Positions 40,958-50,003 of a stretch of DNA of 64,000 bases are shown here, one piece after another. The stretch is taken from assembly GCA_013166775.1 (NCBI GenBank), contig JABLTJ010000007.1:32001-96000 (forward strand). The letters are read 5' to 3'. Positions within the stretch are counted from its first letter, which is position 1. Every line of letters starts with the position of its first letter. Below the pieces are notes generated by a model. That model was not told the origin of the DNA. It saw only the letters and a program-made list of their open reading frames with translations, and did no database searches. Made by a program: the position numbers and the translations under genes. Source of the DNA: Promethearchaeati archaeon. Lineage in GTDB: Archaea; Asgardarchaeota; Heimdallarchaeia; Heimdallarchaeales; Heimdallarchaeaceae.

Positions 40958-42121
40958 ATGAAATTTAGAATTATTTGTATACTGTATTTAATCTTATTTT
41001 CAACTTATTCATTATCTCTTGTGGAATCAGAGAACAAGAAGAAATCAGTATCTACTGAACTAAATTTAATCTTTCAATCAGCAAGCAATATGAATAAGGA
41101 TGAAATTTTCGTTAGATTTAATAGATCTATATTAGAGGAAGATAGTACTTTTATTATAAACGAACCAATTGAATTTAGTATTGAAATTGATGTTGCTGAT
41201 GTGACGCTCATAAATGATACTGAACCCACTCAATTGGATAATTGGTTTTTTGATGAACCTGATCCACTAGGAGAGTTTTCTGAAACAAGAATTTTAGGAG
41301 CTTTCAATTTCTATTTAGATGATACAGATCTTGGTGTTTACCAAACAATCAATTATCATAATGGACCTATCATTTCTGATCAAGAAATAGACGTAGAAAT
41401 AGAGGAAGGATGGCATTGGATTACTATCTTCGCTGCTGAATATTGTTCAGATGAAACAAGGAATACGTTTTATTGGAAATATGCAAAAGATCAAACCCGT
41501 TTCTATGTAGCAGAAGAGATACCAGAAACACTTCCAGCAATTGAAACAGCAAATAATCTATGCAATGTAAAAGCTATACCAGTCAACCATAAGGATTTGA
41601 AAGTATATCAAGCTGATCCTTTCTCCTGGACATATGAAAAGATTCAACCTCGTATAGAAATATTGGATGAACAACCTACTGATTTTGAAAGAACAATTCT
41701 CCGTTCTAGAGATGATGCTTTTATTGAAGTAGTATTTAATTCAACAGACACAGATTTAGTTTTAGTAGATGATTCCGGGAGAGCAATGTACACAGATGTT
41801 ACTCATATGGGTCATAGCACTTGCTACTGGTGGGTAAATGACGGAGAACCAATTAATGAGCTTGAAGGGACTTTTAATATTAATAATGGGTACAATTTCA
41901 TAATTATTGTGGTAGCTGGATTTAGTACGTACTATGATTTTCAAAAGAGTGTATATATACCTATGGTTAAATTTGGAACTAAAACATTTGTTGTTATAAA
42001 TGAATTTCTTTTGACACCAATCAATTTCATATCTGTGATATTGTCAATAGTTGTTCTTGCTTCATTATGCTATCTAGTTAAAAGAAGAAGGAAGTATAAG
42101 ATTTCATTATTTTCTTTATAA
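40958..42121 (+). CDS. Secreted beta-rich protein with C-terminal TM/basic anchor
   Basis: Signal peptide; C-terminal TPINFISVILSIVVLASLCYLVKRRRK. Confidence 0.75.
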   Translation: MKFRIICILYLILFSTYSLSLVESENKKKSVSTELNLIFQSASNMNKDEIFVRFNRSILEEDSTFIINEPIEFSIEIDVADVTLINDTEPTQLDNWFFDEPDPLGEFSETRILGAFNFYLDDTDLGVYQTINYHNGPIISDQEIDVEIEEGWHWITIFAAEYCSDETRNTFYWKYAKDQTRFYVAEEIPETLPAIETANNLCNVKAIPVNHKDLKVYQADPFSWTYEKIQPRIEILDEQPTDFERTILRSRDDAFIEVVFNSTDTDLVLVDDSGRAMYTDVTHMGHSTCYWWVNDGEPINELEGTFNINNGYNFIIIVVAGFSTYYDFQKSVYIPMVKFGTKTFVVINEFLLTPINFISVILSIVVLASLCYLVKRRRKYKISLFSL

Positions 42122-42253
42122 TAAGTATCCAATCCGTCTATATCTTGAACATATGATACGAATATAGAATCAATTTAACTTATTATGCGTAAAAAGAAAT
42201 TTTACAAATGTAGCTATCGATAAAGCTAAATTTGTTTAACATAATTATCTGTC

Positions 42254-43009
42254 TCAGGATTTAAGCTTAAAACAATTTCTCAGTTCTTCTGAAAACTCGG
42301 AAGCTCTAAGAATTGAATTCAAAATATCAAAGCTCTGAATAACAGTTTTTAAAATTTCATAAGAAGCATTCTGTGAAATTTCTGCTAATTCCTCTGAGTG
42401 TTTTTTAAATAGCTCTTTTCTCTCATCTGATAATCTTGTATAGATTTTAATCAAAACTTTAGATAAGCATTCAATCGATGGTTCTGGTAGGTTATTCATC
42501 ATACTAAGTATTTTGCCAAGAATAGGAACAGAGTTTTGAAATTCGCAATTATTTTCAAAACCCAATTCTTTTCCAGTAAAAAAGTATAATTTAGCTATGC
42601 GTCCATAAAGATTCTCTGAAGCTGCTTTAGTGATTCTTCCTGTTTCATCAACTTGGATTCTTTTTCCTGCTTTGACAACGAGTTTCTTTTCTTGTAAAGC
42701 ACTGAGGTATTTGTAAATTGTTTTCTCTACTCTTTCCAATTCTTCTTTCTTCTTTTTCTTGTCTTTAGTGGGTAGTTCCAGTCCTTCAATAAAATCATAA
42801 ATTATTTGGTTATATTTTTTTGTTAAATCTCTAACAGTCATTGGTCCTTCTCTAAGAGCTTGTAAAATAGGTTCATATCTTGGATCAGAAATTATTTCCC
42901 ATAGATATGCATCTTCTATAACAGATATTGCTTCTTCTTTGAAAGTTATAATATCCTCATTCAAAATATTCACTCGAATTAATTCTCTTATTATACCTTT
43001 GTAAATCAT
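42254..43009 (-). CDS. Winged helix-turn-helix transcriptional regulator (ArsR-like)
   Basis: ILQALREGPMTVRDL...KTIYKYLSALQEKKLV...ENLYGRIA; divergent from the MFS gene. Confidence 0.75.
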   Translation of the reverse strand: MIYKGIIRELIRVNILNEDIITFKEEAISVIEDAYLWEIISDPRYEPILQALREGPMTVRDLTKKYNQIIYDFIEGLELPTKDKKKKKEELERVEKTIYKYLSALQEKKLVVKAGKRIQVDETGRITKAASENLYGRIAKLYFFTGKELGFENNCEFQNSVPILGKILSMMNNLPEPSIECLSKVLIKIYTRLSDERKELFKKHSEELAEISQNASYEILKTVIQSFDILNSILRASEFSEELRNCFKLKS

Positions 43010-43025
43010 TGAATTTAAATTTTTC

Positions 43026-43037
43026 TCTACATGTAGA
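43026..43037. promoter_or_regulatory. Perfect 12-bp palindrome TCTACATGTAGA next to a TATA-like box between divergent regulator and MFS genes
   Basis: Seen directly; TTTATATA follows at ~43042. Confidence 0.5.
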
Positions 43038-43076
43038 AAACTTTATATATATTATTGGAGACAGTATTCTTCAAGT

Positions 43077-44456
43077 GTGGAGAAAATCAAAAGGAAGGAT
43101 GTGAAAATGGAAGATGCAAGCATAAAGGAGAACAATATAACATCGAATCTCAAAGGATATTTATTTTTCTGGTCAGGCCAATTAACATCTTTGCTTGGAT
43201 CCAACATAGTTCAGTTCGTACTTATATGGTGGATCACAGTTAAAACAGAGAGCGCTATCTATCTTTCATTATCAGCTTTTATTGGATTCGCACCTACTAT
43301 ACTATTAACACCAGTTGCAGGTGTTCTTGTAGATAGATTAAATAGAAAAGGACTCCTAGGTTCTGTTGACTTTCTGCAAGCACTTGCAACTGTAGTACTT
43401 TTATTCTTATTCAGATTAGAAATTGCTACTGTTTCAATACTTCTAGGTTTCATAGCTATTCGTGGAGTTTTCCAAGCATTTCACACACCTGCTATTCAAG
43501 CATTAATTCCAATAATGATACCTCGAAAGCATCTTAACAGATTTAATAGTATAGACTTTTTCATGTCTAGTGTAATTTTCATGATAGGTCCTCTAGTTGC
43601 TGCAGTACTTTATGCAGCTTTTCCTATGCATCAAATACTATGGATCGACGCAGCAACTTTCCTAGTTGCAGTTATCCCATTGATATTAATCAAAATACCA
43701 AAAATAAAGAAAGATGAAATATTAAAGAAAGTTCAGAAATCTTCCTTCTATGCAGAATTAAAAGAAGGAATTTCTTTTATTAGAGAGAAGAAAGGATTAT
43801 TATCTTTACTAAGCGTTTTTACTGCAGCAAATTTAGTCTTTATGCCACTCTTTGTTCTCATGAATCTATTTGTGATAGAACATGGTGGAGGAGAAATACA
43901 ACTCTCATATGTGTTAGCATTTAATCAAGCAGGAACGATTGCAGGTTCACTCCTATTCATTGTATGGAAGGGTTTCAATAAGAAGGTCAATGGTGTTGCA
44001 CTAGGTATTTTAATTGCATATATTGGGTATATAGTAACAACTGTAACTCCTCTAGGACTGTTCTGGTTCATGGGAATAGGGATGTTAATAACTGGTTTTG
44101 CACTACCTATGGCAAATATTTCAAGTCAAACCATATGGCAAACCGTTGTACCTAAAGAAAAACTAGGAAGAGTAATGTCTGTAAGGATTACTATTGCACA
44201 AATGACAGCTCCAGTTGGAATGATACTTAGTGGATTTATTGCGGAAGCAATATCAATCAAATATTTATTTATGGCTTCAGCTATCTTAGGAACACTTGCT
44301 CTTGCATCTTCTTGGTTCTTTACATCCTTCCGTAAAGTAGAAGACGATATAGTCTATGATGAAGATGAATCTGTTGAAGAAATTTCTGAAATACCTAGTA
44401 TCGAATTTTCATCTATAGATATTGAACAAGTACAAACATCTAGTGTTAAGGATTAA
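43077..44456 (+). CDS. MFS transporter (MefA/DHA3-like efflux)
   Basis: GQLTSLLGS, GVLVDRLNRK motif A, 12 TM; true start may be the ATG at 43107. Confidence 0.92.
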   Translation: MEKIKRKDVKMEDASIKENNITSNLKGYLFFWSGQLTSLLGSNIVQFVLIWWITVKTESAIYLSLSAFIGFAPTILLTPVAGVLVDRLNRKGLLGSVDFLQALATVVLLFLFRLEIATVSILLGFIAIRGVFQAFHTPAIQALIPIMIPRKHLNRFNSIDFFMSSVIFMIGPLVAAVLYAAFPMHQILWIDAATFLVAVIPLILIKIPKIKKDEILKKVQKSSFYAELKEGISFIREKKGLLSLLSVFTAANLVFMPLFVLMNLFVIEHGGGEIQLSYVLAFNQAGTIAGSLLFIVWKGFNKKVNGVALGILIAYIGYIVTTVTPLGLFWFMGIGMLITGFALPMANISSQTIWQTVVPKEKLGRVMSVRITIAQMTAPVGMILSGFIAEAISIKYLFMASAILGTLALASSWFFTSFRKVEDDIVYDEDESVEEISEIPSIEFSSIDIEQVQTSSVKD

Positions 44457-44529
44457 TTTGGAGGAAATAATCTTTCTTAAGAACTGAAACTCTTTTAAAT
44501 TCCTTTTATTTCCTTATCTTACAGTTACA

Positions 44530-45678
44530 GTGGTTTTAGATATGAAAATTGTAGTTCTTGGTGCAGGATTAGTAGGAAACGTTATTGCAAGAGATTTGGC
44601 TGAAGATACTGCATTTGAAGTTTCAATTGTAGATTTTAATCAACAAACATTAGATATACTTACACATGATTATGATCTTCAAGGAATTTGTGCAGATTTA
44701 TCCAATCCTAATATAATCAAAGATATCGTGAAAGATTATGATTTGGTTATAGGTGCGCTCCCAGGTTTTATTGGATATCAAGCTCTTAAAGCAGTTATTG
44801 AGGTTGGGAAAAATATTGTTGACATATCTTTCTTTGAAGAGGATCCATTCAGTTTAGATGAACTAGCAAAAGAGAAAGGAGTAACAGCAGTTGTCGATTG
44901 TGGAGTTGCACCTGGATCTAGCAATATAATTCTGGGATATGTTGACAGCATTCTAGAAAAAACAGAAAGTTTTCTTTGCTATATAGGAGGATTACCTGTT
45001 GAGAGAGATTGGCCATTTGAATATAAAGCACCTTTTTCACCAACAGATGTAATTGAAGAATATCTACGACAAGCACGATACATTGAGAACAGTGAAATAG
45101 TGATCAAACCTGCTTTATCTGAACCTGAATTGTTAGATTTCCCAGAAGTGGGAACTCTAGAAGCTTTCAATACTGATGGTTTAAGATCTCTTATTCAAAC
45201 AATGGATATACCTTTTATGAAGGAAAAAACACTCAGATATCCTGGTCATATTGAAAAAATGAGAGTGTTAAGGGAAACAGGATTCTTCAATAAGGAAGAA
45301 ATTGATGTAAATGGAATCAAAATAAAACCAATTGAATTAACATCTAAACTTCTTTTTGATCAATGGAAACTTGAAGAAAGAGATGAAGATCTTACAGTTA
45401 TGAGGATAATTATAGAAGGAATAAAAGAAGGGAAGAAGCTTAGATACACCTATGAGATGTTAGACAAATACGATAAAGAAAAACGAGTAATCTCAATGGC
45501 TAGAACAACAGGTTATACTTGCACAGCTGTTGCACGAATACTTCTAGAAGGTAAATTTGACAAAAAAGGAATCATTCCTCCAGAATTACTTGGGAAAGAT
45601 TCAGAAGTCTATCACCAGGTCATAGAAGACCTATGGAAAAGAAATGTGATATTTAAGGAGACAATAGAAGAGCTTTAA
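44530..45678 (+). CDS. Saccharopine dehydrogenase / lysine 6-dehydrogenase family
   Basis: VLGAGLVG, DCGVAPG, EAFNTDGLRSL, KTLRYPGH, MARTTGY. Confidence 0.9.
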   Translation: MVLDMKIVVLGAGLVGNVIARDLAEDTAFEVSIVDFNQQTLDILTHDYDLQGICADLSNPNIIKDIVKDYDLVIGALPGFIGYQALKAVIEVGKNIVDISFFEEDPFSLDELAKEKGVTAVVDCGVAPGSSNIILGYVDSILEKTESFLCYIGGLPVERDWPFEYKAPFSPTDVIEEYLRQARYIENSEIVIKPALSEPELLDFPEVGTLEAFNTDGLRSLIQTMDIPFMKEKTLRYPGHIEKMRVLRETGFFNKEEIDVNGIKIKPIELTSKLLFDQWKLEERDEDLTVMRIIIEGIKEGKKLRYTYEMLDKYDKEKRVISMARTTGYTCTAVARILLEGKFDKKGIIPPELLGKDSEVYHQVIEDLWKRNVIFKETIEEL

Positions 45679-45722
45679 GATAAAGAATATATAACAATAT
45701 TCAATATATTAGATAGAGAATC

Positions 45723-46781
45723 ATGCCCAAAATCTCTTCTGGTTGTTCAATGATTGAACAAGGTTATCCGCAAGGAAGTTGTTTAGTAGAAACATCAGAA
45801 GGTAAAACAAAATTAGCTTGTAAATCAACGCTTAGATACTCACAAAACAAAGGTTATGAACGTGTTATTAAGTCGCATCATTTATCTCGACCAGAGGATT
45901 ATCTTTCTATATACCAGAGTGGTTGTAATCATACTTGTCTGAAATGTCACTCACATGATTTTAGCAAAGTTGTTAATGGCAAATGGATGAGTGCAGATGA
46001 AATTGCACAAGCAACTATTGAATATAGTAAGCATATAACAGTCTTTGAACCAAGAGAAGCAGCTACAAGTTGGCATGCTCATAGACTCTGTCGACATTGT
46101 GGTTCTTGTGTATTATATGGTGTTCAATCAGAAGATTGTCCTAGAAAACTCAAACAAGAACAAGTAGTTTTCAGTCCTCAAGGATTTGGTCCTGCTAGAA
46201 ATATAGTTGCTTTCACAGGTGGAGATGTAATGTGTAAACCAGATTTTTATCTAGAAGTTGCTAAGAAAATAAAGAAAGAGCTGGATGATTTTTGGATTCT
46301 TCTTGAATCAAATGGATATGGCTTAACACCTCAGAATTTAGAAGCCTATGCAGCTGGAGGTATCGATGCTTTTTGGCTAGATATTAAGGCTTTTTCAAAA
46401 GATGTTTATAGAAAACTCTGTGGAACAACAAACGAACAAATTCTGGAAAGCGTGCAAAGAATAATAGATTTTGGTTTTACTTTAGAGGTTTTAACATTGT
46501 ACATTCCTTTTTTCGTTGAAACTGATGAGCATGAAAAAATTGCTGAATTAATTGCAGGGATTGATCCAACTATTCCAACTACATTACTAGCTTTTTTTCC
46601 TTGTTACAAATTGGAATCACCAATTTATAGACCTCCAAGAAAAGAAGAGATAGTTGAGAGTATAAAAAAAATGAGAGATATTGGTTTAAAGAACTTAAGA
46701 ATTGGTAATCTTGGTACTTTTATAAAAGACAGTAGTGACATAGATTATTTAGAGGAGGAAATAGGTGCTGATTTCTTCTGA
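45723..46781 (+). CDS. Radical SAM protein (PflA-like activase fold) with extra Cys clusters
   Basis: CNHTCLKC (CxxxCxxC), FTGGD, LESNGY; additional CRHCGSC..C. Confidence 0.88.
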   Translation: MPKISSGCSMIEQGYPQGSCLVETSEGKTKLACKSTLRYSQNKGYERVIKSHHLSRPEDYLSIYQSGCNHTCLKCHSHDFSKVVNGKWMSADEIAQATIEYSKHITVFEPREAATSWHAHRLCRHCGSCVLYGVQSEDCPRKLKQEQVVFSPQGFGPARNIVAFTGGDVMCKPDFYLEVAKKIKKELDDFWILLESNGYGLTPQNLEAYAAGGIDAFWLDIKAFSKDVYRKLCGTTNEQILESVQRIIDFGFTLEVLTLYIPFFVETDEHEKIAELIAGIDPTIPTTLLAFFPCYKLESPIYRPPRKEEIVESIKKMRDIGLKNLRIGNLGTFIKDSSDIDYLEEEIGADFF

Positions 46782-46823
46782 ACAGCATTCCTTCAAATTG
46801 GTAAGAATTTTATATATCATTAA

Positions 46824-48230
46824 ATGATTAAAAGTATTGAGCAGTTGAAGAAAATGAAGAAGAAAGCTGTTACTGCAATTGTTATCGGAGCAGGAGATAG
46901 GGGAGCTGATGTTTATGCAAACTATGCATTAAGATTCCCTGATGAAATGAAAGTTGTAGCTGTTGCTGAACCAATTGAAGAAAGAAGGAATTTAGTAAAA
47001 GTAAAACATAATCTTAAAGAAGATAGATGTTTTTCAAGTTGGGAAAAAATTCTTGCAGAACAAAAACTAGCAGATCTAGCCATAGTAGCTACACAAGATC
47101 AAATGCATGCGGAACCTGCAATTTTAGCTATGAGAAAAGGTTACGATGTATTATTGGAAAAGCCAATGGCAAACACTATTGATGATTGTAAGGAACTTGT
47201 AGAAGTATCAAAAGAAACAGGAAAATTATTGCAAATATGTCATGTTTTAAGATATGCACCTTATTTTTCACAACTTAAGAGTGTTATCGAATCAGGAAGA
47301 ATAGGAGATATTGTTAACATATCTTGGAGAGAAAATGTTTCCTATTGGCATTACTCGCATTCATATATTAGAGGCAATTGGCATAATCGAGATGAATCAA
47401 GTCCTATGATTCTAGCGAAATCATGTCATGATATGGATCTTCTATTTTGGTTAATTAGAAGTCCAACAAAAAAGATTCATTCATTCGGAAATCAAACTCA
47501 CTTCGGAAGATTTAATCAACCAGAAGGAGCACCAGATAGATGTTTAGATGGATGTCCAGTTTCTGAATCCTGTTTATACTATGCTCCAAGGTTATATTTA
47601 GATCTTGTACCACTTATTCATATGCATAAAAAAGCAGGTTCTATTTCAGAGAAATTGTTTTCAAGTCTAGTACTTAGGTATCCAAATCTTACACAAATTC
47701 CTCCTTTTAAAAAAGTGAAAGAGTATACAGGTTGGCCAATTAGTGTTATTTCTAAAGATCTATCTTATGAAGGAAGAATCAAAGCTCTACAAGAAACTAA
47801 TTATGGAAAGTGTGTTTATGCAATTGATGATCATAATATAGTAGATCATCAAATAGTGAATATTGAATTTGATAATAAAGTAACAGCTTCATTTACAATG
47901 CATGGATTTTCAGATGAAGAAGGAAGATCATTTCGAATAGATGGCACAAAAGGAACAATTAAAGGAGATTACTTCTTCTCCAAGCAGATAATTTCAATTA
48001 TTGATGTTCTAACAGGTAAAGAAGAGCAAATTGGAACTGAAAAGATAGATATGGCTCATGGTGGTGGAGATGATGTGATCATGAAGGTTTTCTTAAAAAG
48101 TGTAAGATTTAGAGAGAAGGAGGATATTCTTACTACAGCAAGTAATGCTTTAGAATCTCATCTTATGGCTTTCGCAGCCGACATTTCTAGAGTAGAAGAA
48201 AGGATTGTTGAAATGAAAGAACTAAGATAA
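46824..48230 (+). CDS. Gfo/Idh/MocA family oxidoreductase
   Basis: GAGDRG, LLEKPMA, AKSCHDMD, HGGGD. Confidence 0.92.
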   Translation: MIKSIEQLKKMKKKAVTAIVIGAGDRGADVYANYALRFPDEMKVVAVAEPIEERRNLVKVKHNLKEDRCFSSWEKILAEQKLADLAIVATQDQMHAEPAILAMRKGYDVLLEKPMANTIDDCKELVEVSKETGKLLQICHVLRYAPYFSQLKSVIESGRIGDIVNISWRENVSYWHYSHSYIRGNWHNRDESSPMILAKSCHDMDLLFWLIRSPTKKIHSFGNQTHFGRFNQPEGAPDRCLDGCPVSESCLYYAPRLYLDLVPLIHMHKKAGSISEKLFSSLVLRYPNLTQIPPFKKVKEYTGWPISVISKDLSYEGRIKALQETNYGKCVYAIDDHNIVDHQIVNIEFDNKVTASFTMHGFSDEEGRSFRIDGTKGTIKGDYFFSKQIISIIDVLTGKEEQIGTEKIDMAHGGGDDVIMKVFLKSVRFREKEDILTTASNALESHLMAFAADISRVEERIVEMKELR

Positions 48231-48282
48231 TTTCACAAAGAAGAACAGTAAGAATAATATATGGAGTATCAATTTTTACTTA

Positions 48283-48915
48283 ATGATACAAAATATAATC
48301 ATTACACACGAAAGTGGGATACCGCTTTTTGCTCGTTCATTGATGTGTCATATAGGGATGCATTGCATAGATTTAGCTAAAGATAGCACATTTACAGATG
48401 AAACTCTTTTGAATTCAGCATTGTATAGTGCTATGTTAATCTATGATCAAGCAAATCCAAATCAATTTCATGAGTTTAAGATGGATAAAAGTAAGACTCT
48501 GACCTTTCCAAACAAGAATATAACCGTCATTATGAATACAGATCCTGATGATGATTTTAATGAATATAAGAACAGATTAAGATTATTCGCAGATTTATTC
48601 ATGAAGAATTACTCGGAGAAAATAATAAATTTTGATGGAGATATCAGTCATTTCATCGGTTTTCAAGAAATTATTGCACAAGAAGGTTTACTAGATGAAG
48701 GGGAAAGATTCAGAAAGAATTGTGTGGAATGTGAATATGATAAAGCATGTGTTTACCGTATTAATATTGGACCAACCAACAAGACTTTGAAAGAAAGATT
48801 CGCCACTATAAGACCAATTGGATGGTTCAGAAAGTTTATGCTTATCATGCAAGGAATGTTTAAACCTCGCTATATTAAACTTGAACTTGAACTAGCATAT
48901 ATGATGAAGAAATAA
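48283..48915 (+). CDS. Longin-like domain protein with C-terminal Cys cluster
   Basis: MIQNIIITHESGIPLF start, LNSALYSAM helix, FDGDISHF..F end; CVEC-x5-C after the domain. Confidence 0.65.
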   Translation: MIQNIIITHESGIPLFARSLMCHIGMHCIDLAKDSTFTDETLLNSALYSAMLIYDQANPNQFHEFKMDKSKTLTFPNKNITVIMNTDPDDDFNEYKNRLRLFADLFMKNYSEKIINFDGDISHFIGFQEIIAQEGLLDEGERFRKNCVECEYDKACVYRINIGPTNKTLKERFATIRPIGWFRKFMLIMQGMFKPRYIKLELELAYMMKK

Positions 48916-48916
48916 C

Positions 48917-49921
48917 TTATTCTAGTTTTACTTTCTTCTTATTTTCCCTATAGTAAGGAGACCTAAGAATCAAGTATAATTTTGCTAATGGACTAACCAC
49001 CCTGATCAAAGCTTTTCTGACCTTTATTCTTCTTTCAAATTCTTGTGCAAAATCTTCAAGAGTATATCGTTGATATTTCAGAAGTTCTTGAGAATCTTTA
49101 GTATACAACCAATCTAAATGAAACCAGTCTTTATCATTTTTTGGCTCTCTAAAGCATTCGCGAGGGATAGCTCCCACTCCGAAAGCTTCTAATAGACGAG
49201 TAATATATTCTCCAGAAGTCATTCTACAAGAATCACCTCCAGCAATATTCATAATTCTTTGATTTTCAAACGCTTTAATTGCATTCACACAGGCTAAACC
49301 TGCATCCCAAGTATGGACTGATTCCATTCTTTGATCATAAGGAACCTCAAACATTAATGCGGGTATTTTCATTGGCATTCTCATTGAAGGAACAGCAGTT
49401 AATCTCAGGATCATCCAATCTAATGAGCTAGCTTGTAATATTTTTTCCATATCCCATTTTTGGAAAGCATAGATATCGTGAGGTAAAGGTTCGATTTTAT
49501 CCGTAACTTTTCTAGGTGGTTCTTCTCCCATCGTTGAACCATATAAAGCAAGACTACTTGTAAAAAGGATTTTAGGCTTATTTTGTAACATTTCAGCTGC
49601 ATTGACTAAGTTCTGCATACCACCTGTATTTACTTCATTTGCATATTCTGGATCCTTTTCGAAATCAGGAGGAATAACAGCACAAAGGTGAATAGCAAAA
49701 TCTATTCCTCCTTGAAGAATTCTCTTTACTTCTTCAAAATTTCTAATATCTCCCCATATTGTTTCGAATCTATTTGGATATTTTTTTGACATGTGTTTGT
49801 AAACTTTCTTGGTACGTCTAGTCTTTTTATCAAAACAACGGACTTCATAGTTATTTTTCAAGAGCTCCTCTAGGGTACTTTCGCCAACATTTCCAAAAGG
49901 ACCTGTAAGTAAAATTTTCAT
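48917..49921 (-). CDS. NAD-dependent epimerase/dehydratase (extended SDR)
   Basis: LTGPFGNVG, YAFQK (YxxxK). Confidence 0.9.
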   Translation of the reverse strand: MKILLTGPFGNVGESTLEELLKNNYEVRCFDKKTRRTKKVYKHMSKKYPNRFETIWGDIRNFEEVKRILQGGIDFAIHLCAVIPPDFEKDPEYANEVNTGGMQNLVNAAEMLQNKPKILFTSSLALYGSTMGEEPPRKVTDKIEPLPHDIYAFQKWDMEKILQASSLDWMILRLTAVPSMRMPMKIPALMFEVPYDQRMESVHTWDAGLACVNAIKAFENQRIMNIAGGDSCRMTSGEYITRLLEAFGVGAIPRECFREPKNDKDWFHLDWLYTKDSQELLKYQRYTLEDFAQEFERRIKVRKALIRVVSPLAKLYLILRSPYYRENKKKVKLE

Positions 49922-50003
49922 AGTACGCTTGTGTGCTTTATAGCTTTTATTTAATTCTTGTTAACAGAAAATTTACAATATTCTGAAAATAACGGATAGC
50001 TAA

